A stretch of 64,000 nucleotides of DNA from contig DAOOQN010000001.1 in NCBI GenBank assembly GCA_035388785.1, forward strand, positions 23,996 through 87,995. Direction: 5' to 3'. Below, piece after piece: positions 18,334 to 27,171 of this stretch (position 1 is the stretch's first letter; each line of letters begins with the position of its first letter). Below the pieces are notes generated by a model, which was not told where the DNA came from, ran no database searches, and worked only from the letters and a program-made list of their open reading frames with translations. The stretch is from a bacterium. Lineage in GTDB: Bacteria; Patescibacteriota; Patescibacteriia; UBA2196. Both the position numbers and the translations under genes were made by a program.

Positions 18334-18738
18334 TTATTTTTTAAGTTGCAAATTATTTTTATATTCTTCTATTGCCTTTTCTAGTGCCTCTGTAGCTAAG
18401 ATTGAACAATGAACTTTAACCGCTGGCAAACCACCCAAAGCATCCGCCACATCCTGTTTGGTAACTTTTAAAGCTTCAGCTACAGTTTTTCCTTTAGCCA
18501 AATCTGTCAACATTGAAGTAGAAGCAATAGCTGCTCCACAACCCAAAGTTTCAAATTTTATATCTTCTATGATTCGTTGTTCAACGGGTTTATCCTTATC
18601 AGACTCACGAAATTTCAAATATAATTTCATAATATCGCCACACACCGGATTGCCAACTTGACCCATGGTGTCAGCATCAGGAATAACTCCCTGATTGTGC
18701 GGATTTTGAAAATGTTCCAAAACTATTGAACTATACAT
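18334..18738 (-). CDS. iscU: Fe-S cluster assembly scaffold IscU/NifU N-terminal domain
   Basis: 134 aa; motifs VCGD, LGCGAA, and a C-terminal HC pair. Confidence 0.85.
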   Translation of the reverse strand: MYSSIVLEHFQNPHNQGVIPDADTMGQVGNPVCGDIMKLYLKFRESDKDKPVEQRIIEDIKFETLGCGAAIASTSMLTDLAKGKTVAEALKVTKQDVADALGGLPAVKVHCSILATEALEKAIEEYKNNLQLKK

Positions 18739-18794
18739 ACAATTATAATTAATTTTATAATTTTATTATACCTAATAATGCTGACTTCCGCAAT

Positions 18795-18823
18795 TTGACA
18801 CTTAAGTTATAATTTGTTAGAAT
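18795..18823 (+). promoter_or_regulatory. Candidate sigma70 promoter for rpmA (TTGACA-N17-TAGAAT)
   Basis: TTGACA at 18795-18800 and TAGAAT at 18818-18823, about 60 nt upstream of the rpmA ATG. Confidence 0.4.
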
Positions 18824-18884
18824 AAAATAAATATTAATTTCACATTAGTGCGCTTAACAGCGTTTTAATGTTTCTATTTTTTAT

Positions 18885-19160
18885 ATGGCACATAGAAAAG
18901 CACAGGGCTCAACAAAATTGGGTCGCGATTCAATCTCCAAACGTTTGGGCGTTAAACTTTATGAAAATGAAAACGCCCCGGCCGGCGCCATCATCATCCG
19001 TCAACGTGGCACCAAATTTAATCCTGGTAAAAATGTCATGAAAGGTAAAGATGATACTTTATTTGCAGTTAAATCCGGCAAGGTTCATTTTTATCGCCGC
19101 AAAAAAACAACTTTTGCCGGCAAACTCAAATGGAAAAAGTTTGTTAGTGTGGTAGAATAA
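18885..19160 (+). CDS. rpmA: 50S ribosomal protein L27
   Basis: 91 aa; [26 protein letters not shown] is the L27 signature. Confidence 0.9.
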   Translation: MAHRKAQGSTKLGRDSISKRLGVKLYENENAPAGAIIIRQRGTKFNPGKNVMKGKDDTLFAVKSGKVHFYRRKKTTFAGKLKWKKFVSVVE

Positions 19161-19176
19161 TAAAATTTAAATTTCA

Positions 19177-19212
19177 AAAGACGGCTTATTTATTTGGCCG
19201 TCTTTTGTTTTT
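19177..19212. terminator. Bidirectional rho-independent terminator between rpmA (+) and pyrG (-)
   Basis: Stem AAAAGACGGC, loop ttatttatttg, stem GCCGTCTTTT, then TTTTTT on the plus strand; an A/T run also lies on the other side. Confidence 0.7.
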
Positions 19213-20825
19213 TATTTACTTATTTTATTTTTTCTCTTCAAACTGGCTTTGATAAAATCTTTAAACAACGGATGCGGATTAAGCGGCCGTGATTTAAACT
19301 CTGGATGAAACTGTACACCCACCATCCACGGATGATTTTTTACCTCTACAATTTCTACCAATCCCCGCTCACGATTAAAACCAGTTACTTTTAAGCCAGC
19401 TGCTTCCAATCTTTTTTTATAATCATTATTAAACTCATAACGATGACGGTGCCGTTCAAAAATTATTTTTTCCAAATAAGCTTTGTAACTTAAGGAATCT
19501 ATTTCCAAGTTGGCTTTATAAGAACCTAAACGCATGGTGCCACCGTAATTTTTTTCTGCAATGTTTTTCTTTTGCTCTTCCATGGTCGCAATAACTGGAT
19601 TGGTTGTATTGTGATCCAGCTCAGTCGAATTGGCTTTTTTTAATTTTAAAACATTGCGCGCAAATTCAATGGTCATAATTTGCATACCCAAACACAAACC
19701 AAAATATGGAATTTTATTTTCTCTGGCATAACGAGCTGCCAAAATCATGCCTTCTGTGCCTCGCTTACCAAAACCTCCCGGTACGATTATGCCATCAACG
19801 TTTTTAAGCTCTTTTAATTTTTTATTATTATTTTCATATTCCTCTGCATCTAACCATAAAATTTCTGGTTTAACATTATTAAACCAACACGCGTGGTTGA
19901 TGGCTTCAATTACAGAAATATAAGTATCACGACATGATTTAAAATTAAAATACTTACCCACAATACCAATGGTGATTTTTTTGTTTATCTTTTTAATTTT
20001 TAAAGCTAACTTTTTCCAATCTTCAAGTTTTTGTGTTCTGGCTTTCAAACCCATAGTCTGCAACATCACCTGACCCAAATTTTCTTTTTCAAAATTAATT
20101 GGCACATCATAAATTGAATAAACATCTGGTGCCGAAATAATACGCTCGCGTGGTAGGCTACAGACCGTGCTAATAGTATTTTTAATGTTTTCTTTAACCG
20201 TTTTATCGGCCCGACATAAAATAAAATCCGGCATAATACCAGCTGAATTAAGTGTCCGGATGGCATACTGCGTTGGTTTGGACTTTTGTTCACCCAAAAT
20301 GATCGGGGTTGGCAAATAGCTAACCAAGACAAAAAACACATCAGCCGGATTTTTTACCTTTAGCATGCGAGCGGCTTCCAAAAATAACAAAACCTGATAT
20401 TCGCCTACCGTACCACCAATCTCCACTACTGTCACTTCAGATTTATTTTTTCTTTGACAAACCTCTATACGCCGAATTATTTCATTGGGAATATCTGGTA
20501 CCACCTCTACATCCTCACCGTCATATTCCAAATTTCTTTCACGCCGTATAACCTCTTGGTAAACTTGACCGGTGGTAATATAGTTATCACGTGTACAAAT
20601 TTGATCAGTAAACCTTTCATAATTACCCAGATCTTGGTCAGCTTCCACTCCATCTTCACCCACAAAAACTTCGCCATGTTCGGCTGGTCGGATGGTACCA
20701 GCATCCACATTTACATACATATCACATTTTATACTGGCAATTCTAAAACCTTTTGATTGTAAAATTTTTGCCAACGAAGCGGCTGCTACACCCTTACCGA
20801 CTGATGACATCACGCCGCCAACCAC
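19212..20825 (-). CDS. pyrG: CTP synthase (glutamine-hydrolysing)
   Basis: 537 aa. N-terminal synthase domain (VGGVMSSVGKG P-loop) and C-terminal class-I GATase (GLCLGMQ, HPEF). The track start is GTG. The conserved KYIFV N-terminus and an upstream ATG at 20851 are one frame off across an A6 run, which points to a 1-bp indel at the 5' end. Confidence 0.85.
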   Translation of the reverse strand: MVGGVMSSVGKGVAAASLAKILQSKGFRIASIKCDMYVNVDAGTIRPAEHGEVFVGEDGVEADQDLGNYERFTDQICTRDNYITTGQVYQEVIRRERNLEYDGEDVEVVPDIPNEIIRRIEVCQRKNKSEVTVVEIGGTVGEYQVLLFLEAARMLKVKNPADVFFVLVSYLPTPIILGEQKSKPTQYAIRTLNSAGIMPDFILCRADKTVKENIKNTISTVCSLPRERIISAPDVYSIYDVPINFEKENLGQVMLQTMGLKARTQKLEDWKKLALKIKKINKKITIGIVGKYFNFKSCRDTYISVIEAINHACWFNNVKPEILWLDAEEYENNNKKLKELKNVDGIIVPGGFGKRGTEGMILAARYARENKIPYFGLCLGMQIMTIEFARNVLKLKKANSTELDHNTTNPVIATMEEQKKNIAEKNYGGTMRLGSYKANLEIDSLSYKAYLEKIIFERHRHRYEFNNDYKKRLEAAGLKVTGFNRERGLVEIVEVKNHPWMVGVQFHPEFKSRPLNPHPLFKDFIKASLKRKNKISK

Positions 20826-20894
20826 AAAAATATATTTTTTACTTTGCGCATAAAAAATTATTTTTAAAAAACCGCTTAAATGCGGTAACGGTTT

Positions 20895-21353
20895 TTAAGA
20901 CTTAGATTCAGTCAAAGCGGTCACCAAAATCTTTAAAAAAATATTTTGGCCAGCCACAACTAATTCAATGTTGTGAGTACCAATTTCTTTTATATGTTCT
21001 TTAATTTTTAAATCTTTGGGATCAAAAACTAAACCAAATTCTTTTTTTATAGCCCCAACCACTTCTTCAACTGAAATTGCAGCAAATAGGTGCCCCTTTT
21101 CAGAAGCCCTTTTTTCAATATGAATCATTTGATTGTTAATTTTTGCCGCCACTTTGTGTGACTTTGTTTTAATCTTTTTCTCGTGAGTCTGATTTTTTTT
21201 CTTGTTTATTTGCACCTGTTTTATTTTCTCACTAGTCGCCACTTCAGCCAATTTTTGTGGTAATAAAAAATTAAACGCATAACCAGCATTAACTTCTTTG
21301 ACATCATTCTTTTTGGCTACATTTTTTATGTCTTGTAAAAATATTACTTTCAT
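20895..21353 (-). CDS. rplI: 50S ribosomal protein L9
   Basis: 152 aa; MKVIFLQDIKNVAKKNDVKEVNAGYAFNFLLP matches the L9 N-domain. Confidence 0.85.
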   Translation of the reverse strand: MKVIFLQDIKNVAKKNDVKEVNAGYAFNFLLPQKLAEVATSEKIKQVQINKKKNQTHEKKIKTKSHKVAAKINNQMIHIEKRASEKGHLFAAISVEEVVGAIKKEFGLVFDPKDLKIKEHIKEIGTHNIELVVAGQNIFLKILVTALTESKS

Positions 21354-21369
21354 AATGTTTTTTAAAAAA

Positions 21370-22659
21370 TTATTGCGTCAACAATTCTAATGCTTTTTCC
21401 AACTGTGGATCTTTATCATTATTAAAATCTTCCTCAGTCAATTCAACCACTACATCTGGCGTAATACCTTGTTTGTCAATCGTTGTACCATTGGGCGTTA
21501 ACCAGCGCGCGATCGTCAATTTGACTGCCGAACCATCTGGTAGATCTTCCAAATTCTGAACTGAACCTTTGCCAAAACTTTGTTCACCCACAATAGTCGC
21601 CAATTGATGGTCCTTTAAAGCGCCAGCCACAATTTCTGAGGCTGAGGCTGAACCCTTATTAATTAAAACCACGGTTTTATAATTTTTTAACTCGGCCTGA
21701 CCGTTGGCCAAATGCTGAGTTTGTTTGTCATCAAAAAACTTTTCTACCACAATGGTTTTCCCCACACTCACCCAGTGCGAACCAACACTAATGGCTTGAT
21801 CTATGTAACCACCTGGATTACCCCGTAAATCCAAAATAATACCCTGTGGGTTTTGAGTTAAAATTTCATTAATCGCTGCAACTAAACGGCTATCAGTATC
21901 TTCATTAAAATTTGATAATTTAATAACAGCAATTTTTTTATTGTTTTTTTCTTCCATTTTCCACGACGCAGAAATAATCTTAATTGTATCACGAATAATA
22001 ACAATTTTTTTCTGTTCCAAAGCATCCCCACGCGCAATAGTTAAAACCACCTGGGTCCCCTTGGGACCACGAATCTTTTGCACCGCCTGACTAGCATCAA
22101 GACCAGTCGTGGTCAAATCATCAATTAAAATAATTTTATCACCCGCTTTAAGTCCGGCTTTTTCAGCCGGTGATTCCGGCAGGGGTGACACAACAGTCAG
22201 TTGATTATTTTTGACAGCAATTTCGGCGCCAATACCTTCAAAATGTCCCTGCAACTCAGCTTGAAATTCCTTTGAGATTTGTGGCTCTAAAAACATAGAA
22301 TACGGGTCTCCTAATGCCGCCACCAAACCCATCATGGCACCATAGAAAAGTTTTGTCTCAGGCACCGGCCGCTCAATGTATTCATTTTGAATTTTACTCC
22401 ACACCTGCCAAAAGATATCAAAATTGACATCTTTCTTTAAATATTCTGGCAGTTGTTCTTTATCCAACACTTGACCAAATTGGGTATTGGCTGAAGTCTC
22501 AGGCACCTGTGTTGTAATGGTGCTTTTACCAACTTTACGACCAAAACTAAAAGCCATAAAGACAATCACACCGATCAAAATAACAATTATAAAACGCAAC
22601 AACCAGCCTTGCTTTGAATTAGCTTGTTTAACTTCGTCATGCAATTGCGGATAATCCAT
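21370..22659 (-). CDS. ctpA: Carboxyl-terminal processing protease (S41 family, with PDZ domain)
   Basis: 429 aa with an N-terminal TM, a PDZ region (GLKAGDKII) and the S41 catalytic region (GSASASEIVAGAL...GKGSVQ). Confidence 0.85.
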   Translation of the reverse strand: MDYPQLHDEVKQANSKQGWLLRFIIVILIGVIVFMAFSFGRKVGKSTITTQVPETSANTQFGQVLDKEQLPEYLKKDVNFDIFWQVWSKIQNEYIERPVPETKLFYGAMMGLVAALGDPYSMFLEPQISKEFQAELQGHFEGIGAEIAVKNNQLTVVSPLPESPAEKAGLKAGDKIILIDDLTTTGLDASQAVQKIRGPKGTQVVLTIARGDALEQKKIVIIRDTIKIISASWKMEEKNNKKIAVIKLSNFNEDTDSRLVAAINEILTQNPQGIILDLRGNPGGYIDQAISVGSHWVSVGKTIVVEKFFDDKQTQHLANGQAELKNYKTVVLINKGSASASEIVAGALKDHQLATIVGEQSFGKGSVQNLEDLPDGSAVKLTIARWLTPNGTTIDKQGITPDVVVELTEEDFNNDKDPQLEKALELLTQ

Positions 22660-22724
22660 ATATAAAAAATAAAATGCTTTTTAAGCTTAGCACTTTTCTA
22701 TTATAACACAATTTAAAAAGAAAC

Positions 22725-22752
22725 AAAAAAATTGATTTTTAATCAATTTTTT
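22725..22752. repeat. Perfect inverted repeat AAATTGATT-TTT-AATCAATTT in the divergent intergenic region
   Basis: Seen directly in the sequence, between the ctpA start (minus strand) and the PEGA gene start (plus strand). Possible operator. Confidence 0.5.
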
Positions 22753-22795
22753 GTTAACATTAAAATTAATATCTAAACAATTTTAATCAACCACT

Positions 22796-24151
22796 ATGAC
22801 TCTTTTTCGTCGTCGCATTATTTATATTATCTTTTTTTTGGTCTTTTTTGTCACCGCACCGTTGGTATTAATTTGGGCTCAAGGCTATAAATTTAATTGG
22901 CAACAAAAAACTTGGCAAAAAACCGGAGTTTTATTTTTGGAATCAAAACCTGACACTGCAGATATTTATCTCAACGGAACACTGTTACCTGAAAAAACCA
23001 CTGCTCGTTTAAAAAACTTAACTCCAGGTGAATATCACATTGAAGTCAAAAAACAAGACTACCTACCCTGGACCAAAGATCTGCACATTTTCCCTGGTGA
23101 GACGGCCTTTGCCCAATATATTCGTCTCTTTAAAACTGACCCGGCGACAAAAATTTTACTAAAAGCCAAAATTAAGACTTTTTCTAACCTAAAAAATAAT
23201 CGTTTAGCTTTTTCCGCCACCAGTGAAACAGACAATAAAAAAGAAGTTTTCTTATTTGATGCCGAAGATGGATCTTTAAAAAACGTAAAAATAAACAGCA
23301 CGGAAATTGATAGTATTATTCTTAATGAATCCGGCAACCAAGCACTCATAAAAAATACATCCAATGTCTGGTATTGGGTTGATTTTTCCAACCAACAAAC
23401 TCTCAATATTAGTACCTGGGCGTCAGAAAACTACAAAAAAATTATCTTTGACCCACAAAATCCCTTAACCCTGCTTGGCTTGTCTCGTTTTGGCATTGAT
23501 AAAATTATAATTCCCAATCAAGTCATCCTTAAAATAATCTCCGGTAACAACATTGTTGATTTTGAGATTGTCTCTACTGGTGATGTCTATTATCTAAAAG
23601 AAAAAAATAATGCGGTCGAGTTAAATTTATTTTCATCTTTAAACTCCAATCAAGAAACACTAATCAGCTCACTGCCCTGGTCTGACAATTATCAAATTTA
23701 TCCATCACCAACAAATATCATAAACTTGATTGATCAAAAAAATCAGCTACTCTATATATTTGACTTGCAACAAAAAATTTTTAGCACCCCAAAAACAATA
23801 ATTCCAGGTGTTAATTTTATTACCTGGAATCAAGATCAAGACTCTTTTCTCTTTGGCAATGCTTATGAAATCTGGATCTGGGAAACTGCCAAAAAAGACG
23901 ACCCCAAACAACTCATCACACGACTAGGTTCAAAAATTAAAGACGTACTGTGGTATCCCATACCCACACATATCATATATCTCACTGCCGACGAACTAGT
24001 CATTAACGAACTGGTGATGATTAATTATCGTCGTGAAATTACTAGTTTTACTAAATTCAAAAAAGCTGATCGCCTGCTTATTAACAGTAAGGGTAATAAT
24101 CTTTATTGGTTTGATTCAACTGAGGGTCTTTTTGTTAGTCAGATACAATAA
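22796..24151 (+). CDS. PEGA-domain membrane-anchored protein with a C-terminal beta-rich domain
   Basis: 451 aa. N-terminal TM, then a PEGA-like segment (TADIYLNGTLLPEKTTARLKNLTPGEYHIEVKKQDYLPW), then a long W/Y-rich region. Confidence 0.6.
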   Translation: MTLFRRRIIYIIFFLVFFVTAPLVLIWAQGYKFNWQQKTWQKTGVLFLESKPDTADIYLNGTLLPEKTTARLKNLTPGEYHIEVKKQDYLPWTKDLHIFPGETAFAQYIRLFKTDPATKILLKAKIKTFSNLKNNRLAFSATSETDNKKEVFLFDAEDGSLKNVKINSTEIDSIILNESGNQALIKNTSNVWYWVDFSNQQTLNISTWASENYKKIIFDPQNPLTLLGLSRFGIDKIIIPNQVILKIISGNNIVDFEIVSTGDVYYLKEKNNAVELNLFSSLNSNQETLISSLPWSDNYQIYPSPTNIINLIDQKNQLLYIFDLQQKIFSTPKTIIPGVNFITWNQDQDSFLFGNAYEIWIWETAKKDDPKQLITRLGSKIKDVLWYPIPTHIIYLTADELVINELVMINYRREITSFTKFKKADRLLINSKGNNLYWFDSTEGLFVSQIQ

Positions 24152-24571
24152 CTAGCCAATTTGGCTTCTAATTTTTTCTGCTGTATTCTCCAAGCTATCT
24201 TTACTTTCACTTTTTACAATTGATTGTATAGCTCCACCACCATCGCCCTCAAAACGAGGTATAATGTGCACATGTAAATGTTCAATTTCTTGACCGGCCG
24301 TTTTCCAATGGTTGACTCCAATATTAAAACCAGTCGCTTTGATCTCAGAATTTTTTATCGCCAGAGCAATCTCACAAACTTTTTTATATAATTCTCCAAG
24401 TTCATCGGTCTTCAAATCAAACATAGTAGAAACATGTTTTTTAGGCACCACCATTGTGTGACCAAAAGACGAAGGATGAACATCCAAAAAAGCCAAAAAA
24501 ATATCATCCTCATAAACTTTGTATGCTGGAATTTTTCCAACTACAATGTTGCAAAAAAGACAATCTCCCAT
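24152..24571 (-). CDS. HIT-family (histidine triad) nucleotide hydrolase
   Basis: 139 aa with the HLHVHIIPR histidine triad. Confidence 0.8.
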   Translation of the reverse strand: MGDCLFCNIVVGKIPAYKVYEDDIFLAFLDVHPSSFGHTMVVPKKHVSTMFDLKTDELGELYKKVCEIALAIKNSEIKATGFNIGVNHWKTAGQEIEHLHVHIIPRFEGDGGGAIQSIVKSESKDSLENTAEKIRSQIG

Positions 24572-24582
24572 AAAATTATTTT

Positions 24583-24765
24583 TTAATTAATATTTTTTAA
24601 ATCACACACAATCACCATAAAGCCAGAAAAAATAACGACTACTAAAATTATATTCGAATCAAAGTGATTAGAAACCAAGCCTTCTTTAATTAATTCTAAA
24701 GCGAAAAAAAAGAAAAAAACACCTATACTAATAATAAAAAATTCCTGAAAAAAATCTTTCATCAT
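24583..24765 (-). CDS. Possible small membrane protein (60 aa)
   Basis: Two hydrophobic segments. It is tightly packed between neighbouring genes but has no homology support. Confidence 0.25.
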   Translation of the reverse strand: MMKDFFQEFFIISIGVFFFFFALELIKEGLVSNHFDSNIILVVVIFSGFMVIVCDLKNIN

Positions 24766-24768
24766 ATT

Positions 24769-25353
24769 TTATCTTTCTATTTTTCTTAAATAATTTTTTA
24801 TCTGTTCTGTAGCGTTAGCAAAACTAAGTTGTTCTTTTTTAAAAACAATTTTAATCGTACCAATTACAATGCTTTGCTGGTTTTGTTCAATCGTGGGTGC
24901 GGAAATAAGCCAGCGCATCACCGGCGCACCTTGATAAACCTGACTTAAATCAAAATTGATTCTTGCCACCTGCCACTCACCTCTTTGTTCGGTTGGTAAA
25001 ATATCAACCAAAATCCACTGCCATTCGTTTTTAACAATTTGTGGTCCAATCTGAAATTTTTCATTGCCTAAATTTTTATATTTAATTTCCACTTCAGCTG
25101 TTTTAAAAACTTGTGGAGTACGCACATCAAAATAAACCGGACTCTTGGCCATTCTTTGCCAACACCCACCTTCTCCTTTTTCCACTGGCCACAATCTGTC
25201 ACCGGGAGAAAATTCTGTCAGCATACGACTTGTTGTGCAAAAATCATAGTTGACTGCTAAACTCTTGCCCGGTACAAAATCAAACCACAATAACCAAAAA
25301 GTTAAAATAATAAAAAATAAAATTAAAAATATTTTTACCAAACGCATAACCAT
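24769..25353 (-). CDS. Hypothetical protein with an N-terminal TM anchor
   Basis: 194 aa; N-terminal TM followed by a W-rich extracytoplasmic domain. It lies directly downstream of the large GT-C-like membrane protein. Confidence 0.45.
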   Translation of the reverse strand: MVMRLVKIFLILFFIILTFWLLWFDFVPGKSLAVNYDFCTTSRMLTEFSPGDRLWPVEKGEGGCWQRMAKSPVYFDVRTPQVFKTAEVEIKYKNLGNEKFQIGPQIVKNEWQWILVDILPTEQRGEWQVARINFDLSQVYQGAPVMRWLISAPTIEQNQQSIVIGTIKIVFKKEQLSFANATEQIKNYLRKIER

Positions 25354-25363
25354 AAAAAATAAA

Positions 25364-27049
25364 CTAATTATTTAAAACATAATATTCTGCCTTTTGCCGT
25401 ACGTTAAACAAAATTCCTCCACCTCTAACTTCTTGCTTATCATAAATTTCTAAATTATATGGATAAAATTTTGTTTGGTTTAAATATTCCAAATTAATTT
25501 CAGCTGGACGATATAAAAAATAAACATTCGTTATTTTTAAAAACTGGCTCATCGCCAAAAGTTCCGCTCCACCTTGCGGTACTACCACGTGTTGCCTTTC
25601 TGGAAAAACAACCTTATCATTAGATACATCCATCAAAATTATATCATTAGGTTGAGTTTTGGCTATCACATCTTGAGCTTGCAAACGATAACGTAAAAGA
25701 TTATCCTTTATGGCAATCAAATTTTCTTCGCCCTTAAAATAAACTAAATCAATAGCCACAGCGGTCAATACAAAAATTAAACCAATCAAAATAATTTTTT
25801 TATTTTTAATTTTTATAACTTCAGAAATTTTAATCAACAGCAAAGCAATGAATGGTAAAGCAAAGATAAATAGCGGTAAAAAATAACGAATATAAGACGA
25901 ACCAATACTGACTGAGCGCGGATTGAGACTATCCTGAAAAAACCACGAACCATAGTATGGCATCAAATATCCGGTAACTAAAAATAAATAAAAATATAAT
26001 TTTTGTCCACTGGTTTTTTTATTTTTAAAAAACACAATCATGCCGCCAATAAAAAATAAAATCCAAGGCCAAAAAAGTTGCCAAAAATATTTAGCAAAAA
26101 CGTGATTAACCATCACGCGGGGATGAAAACCAAACGGTAATAAAAGCGCTTGGGTTAAACCAATGGGTTGGATTTGCGCTAAATCTTCTAAATTGGAGCT
26201 TACCATCTGTGAATAACCACTGGCTAAATATGAACCATACAAAGTTTTATTATTATGTAAAACTGGCACACCGCATAAACAAAAAAATAAAAAACTAAGC
26301 GTTAAATATGTTAAATTAAATTTTAAATTTTGGCGATAAAAAATTAAAATACCAAACACCATCAAAAAGACCCACACAAACTCGGATGAACGCGTAATTA
26401 AAGCGCCACCCATGCACAAACCACCCATCACAGCAAAAAATAGTTTGCGTTTTGATTTTAATTTGTACTCACCCAACGGATCTGTCTGTAATAAATTAAC
26501 TAAAAAATAAAGCCCTGCCAAAAGCAAGGTTAAAAATAAAACATTATGGAACAGTGTGCGCGAAGCATAATACCAAAAACCCGGAAATACAAACATCAAA
26601 ACAGCTGACACAAAAGCTGTTTTTTTTTCAAACCACAATTTAAGCAATAAATAAAAAAATACAACACCCAGCACAGCAAAAAACGGCGTTAAGAAAAGAA
26701 TGCTCCAGGTACTAAAAATTTTTGCCAGTGTACCATAAATCAACATTAATCCCTGAAAAGTTCCTGGCACCACTTTTTCTTGCACTGGCTTGGCCCAACG
26801 CGGAAACACCACACCATCCGCCATTAAATTATATGGTTCCACATAATACAGCTGGTCGGTTTCTTTATACAGTTTAGTAAAATAATAGTTGGTCACCTCA
26901 TCTGGTGTGTTGAATTTAAAACCAACCTGACTAAACGGCACTTCACTTTTTATAATCTGTGCTAAAGGCAAAAAAGAATAAAATACAAAAAACACACCAG
27001 CTAAAATTGACAAAACAATGATTTCTTTGTTTTTATTTAATGTCTTCAT
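25364..27049 (-). CDS. Polytopic membrane protein, GT-C-fold glycosyltransferase-like (PMT/ArnT/YfhO-like)
   Basis: 561 aa with at least 10 predicted TM helices in the N-terminal two thirds and a soluble C-terminal domain, the architecture of lipid-linked-sugar-dependent GT-C enzymes. Confidence 0.5.
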   Translation of the reverse strand: MKTLNKNKEIIVLSILAGVFFVFYSFLPLAQIIKSEVPFSQVGFKFNTPDEVTNYYFTKLYKETDQLYYVEPYNLMADGVVFPRWAKPVQEKVVPGTFQGLMLIYGTLAKIFSTWSILFLTPFFAVLGVVFFYLLLKLWFEKKTAFVSAVLMFVFPGFWYYASRTLFHNVLFLTLLLAGLYFLVNLLQTDPLGEYKLKSKRKLFFAVMGGLCMGGALITRSSEFVWVFLMVFGILIFYRQNLKFNLTYLTLSFLFFCLCGVPVLHNNKTLYGSYLASGYSQMVSSNLEDLAQIQPIGLTQALLLPFGFHPRVMVNHVFAKYFWQLFWPWILFFIGGMIVFFKNKKTSGQKLYFYLFLVTGYLMPYYGSWFFQDSLNPRSVSIGSSYIRYFLPLFIFALPFIALLLIKISEVIKIKNKKIILIGLIFVLTAVAIDLVYFKGEENLIAIKDNLLRYRLQAQDVIAKTQPNDIILMDVSNDKVVFPERQHVVVPQGGAELLAMSQFLKITNVYFLYRPAEINLEYLNQTKFYPYNLEIYDKQEVRGGGILFNVRQKAEYYVLNN

Positions 27050-27171
27050 GGTTGTATTATAACATTTAAACTCGACAAAATAAAAAGGCCTATTTTATTT
27101 AATTTATTACCCCCTACGGATTACTGTTATTTGCCTTTCATAATTTTTTAAAGTATGATTAGCATATAAAT

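Noticed and set aside
22796-24151. Considered the PEGA-domain protein as an S-layer or novel system component
   Set aside because: The PEGA domain and the W/Y-rich beta domain are common in this kind of genome. There is no partner gene or repeat structure to suggest a dedicated system; kept as an ordinary feature.
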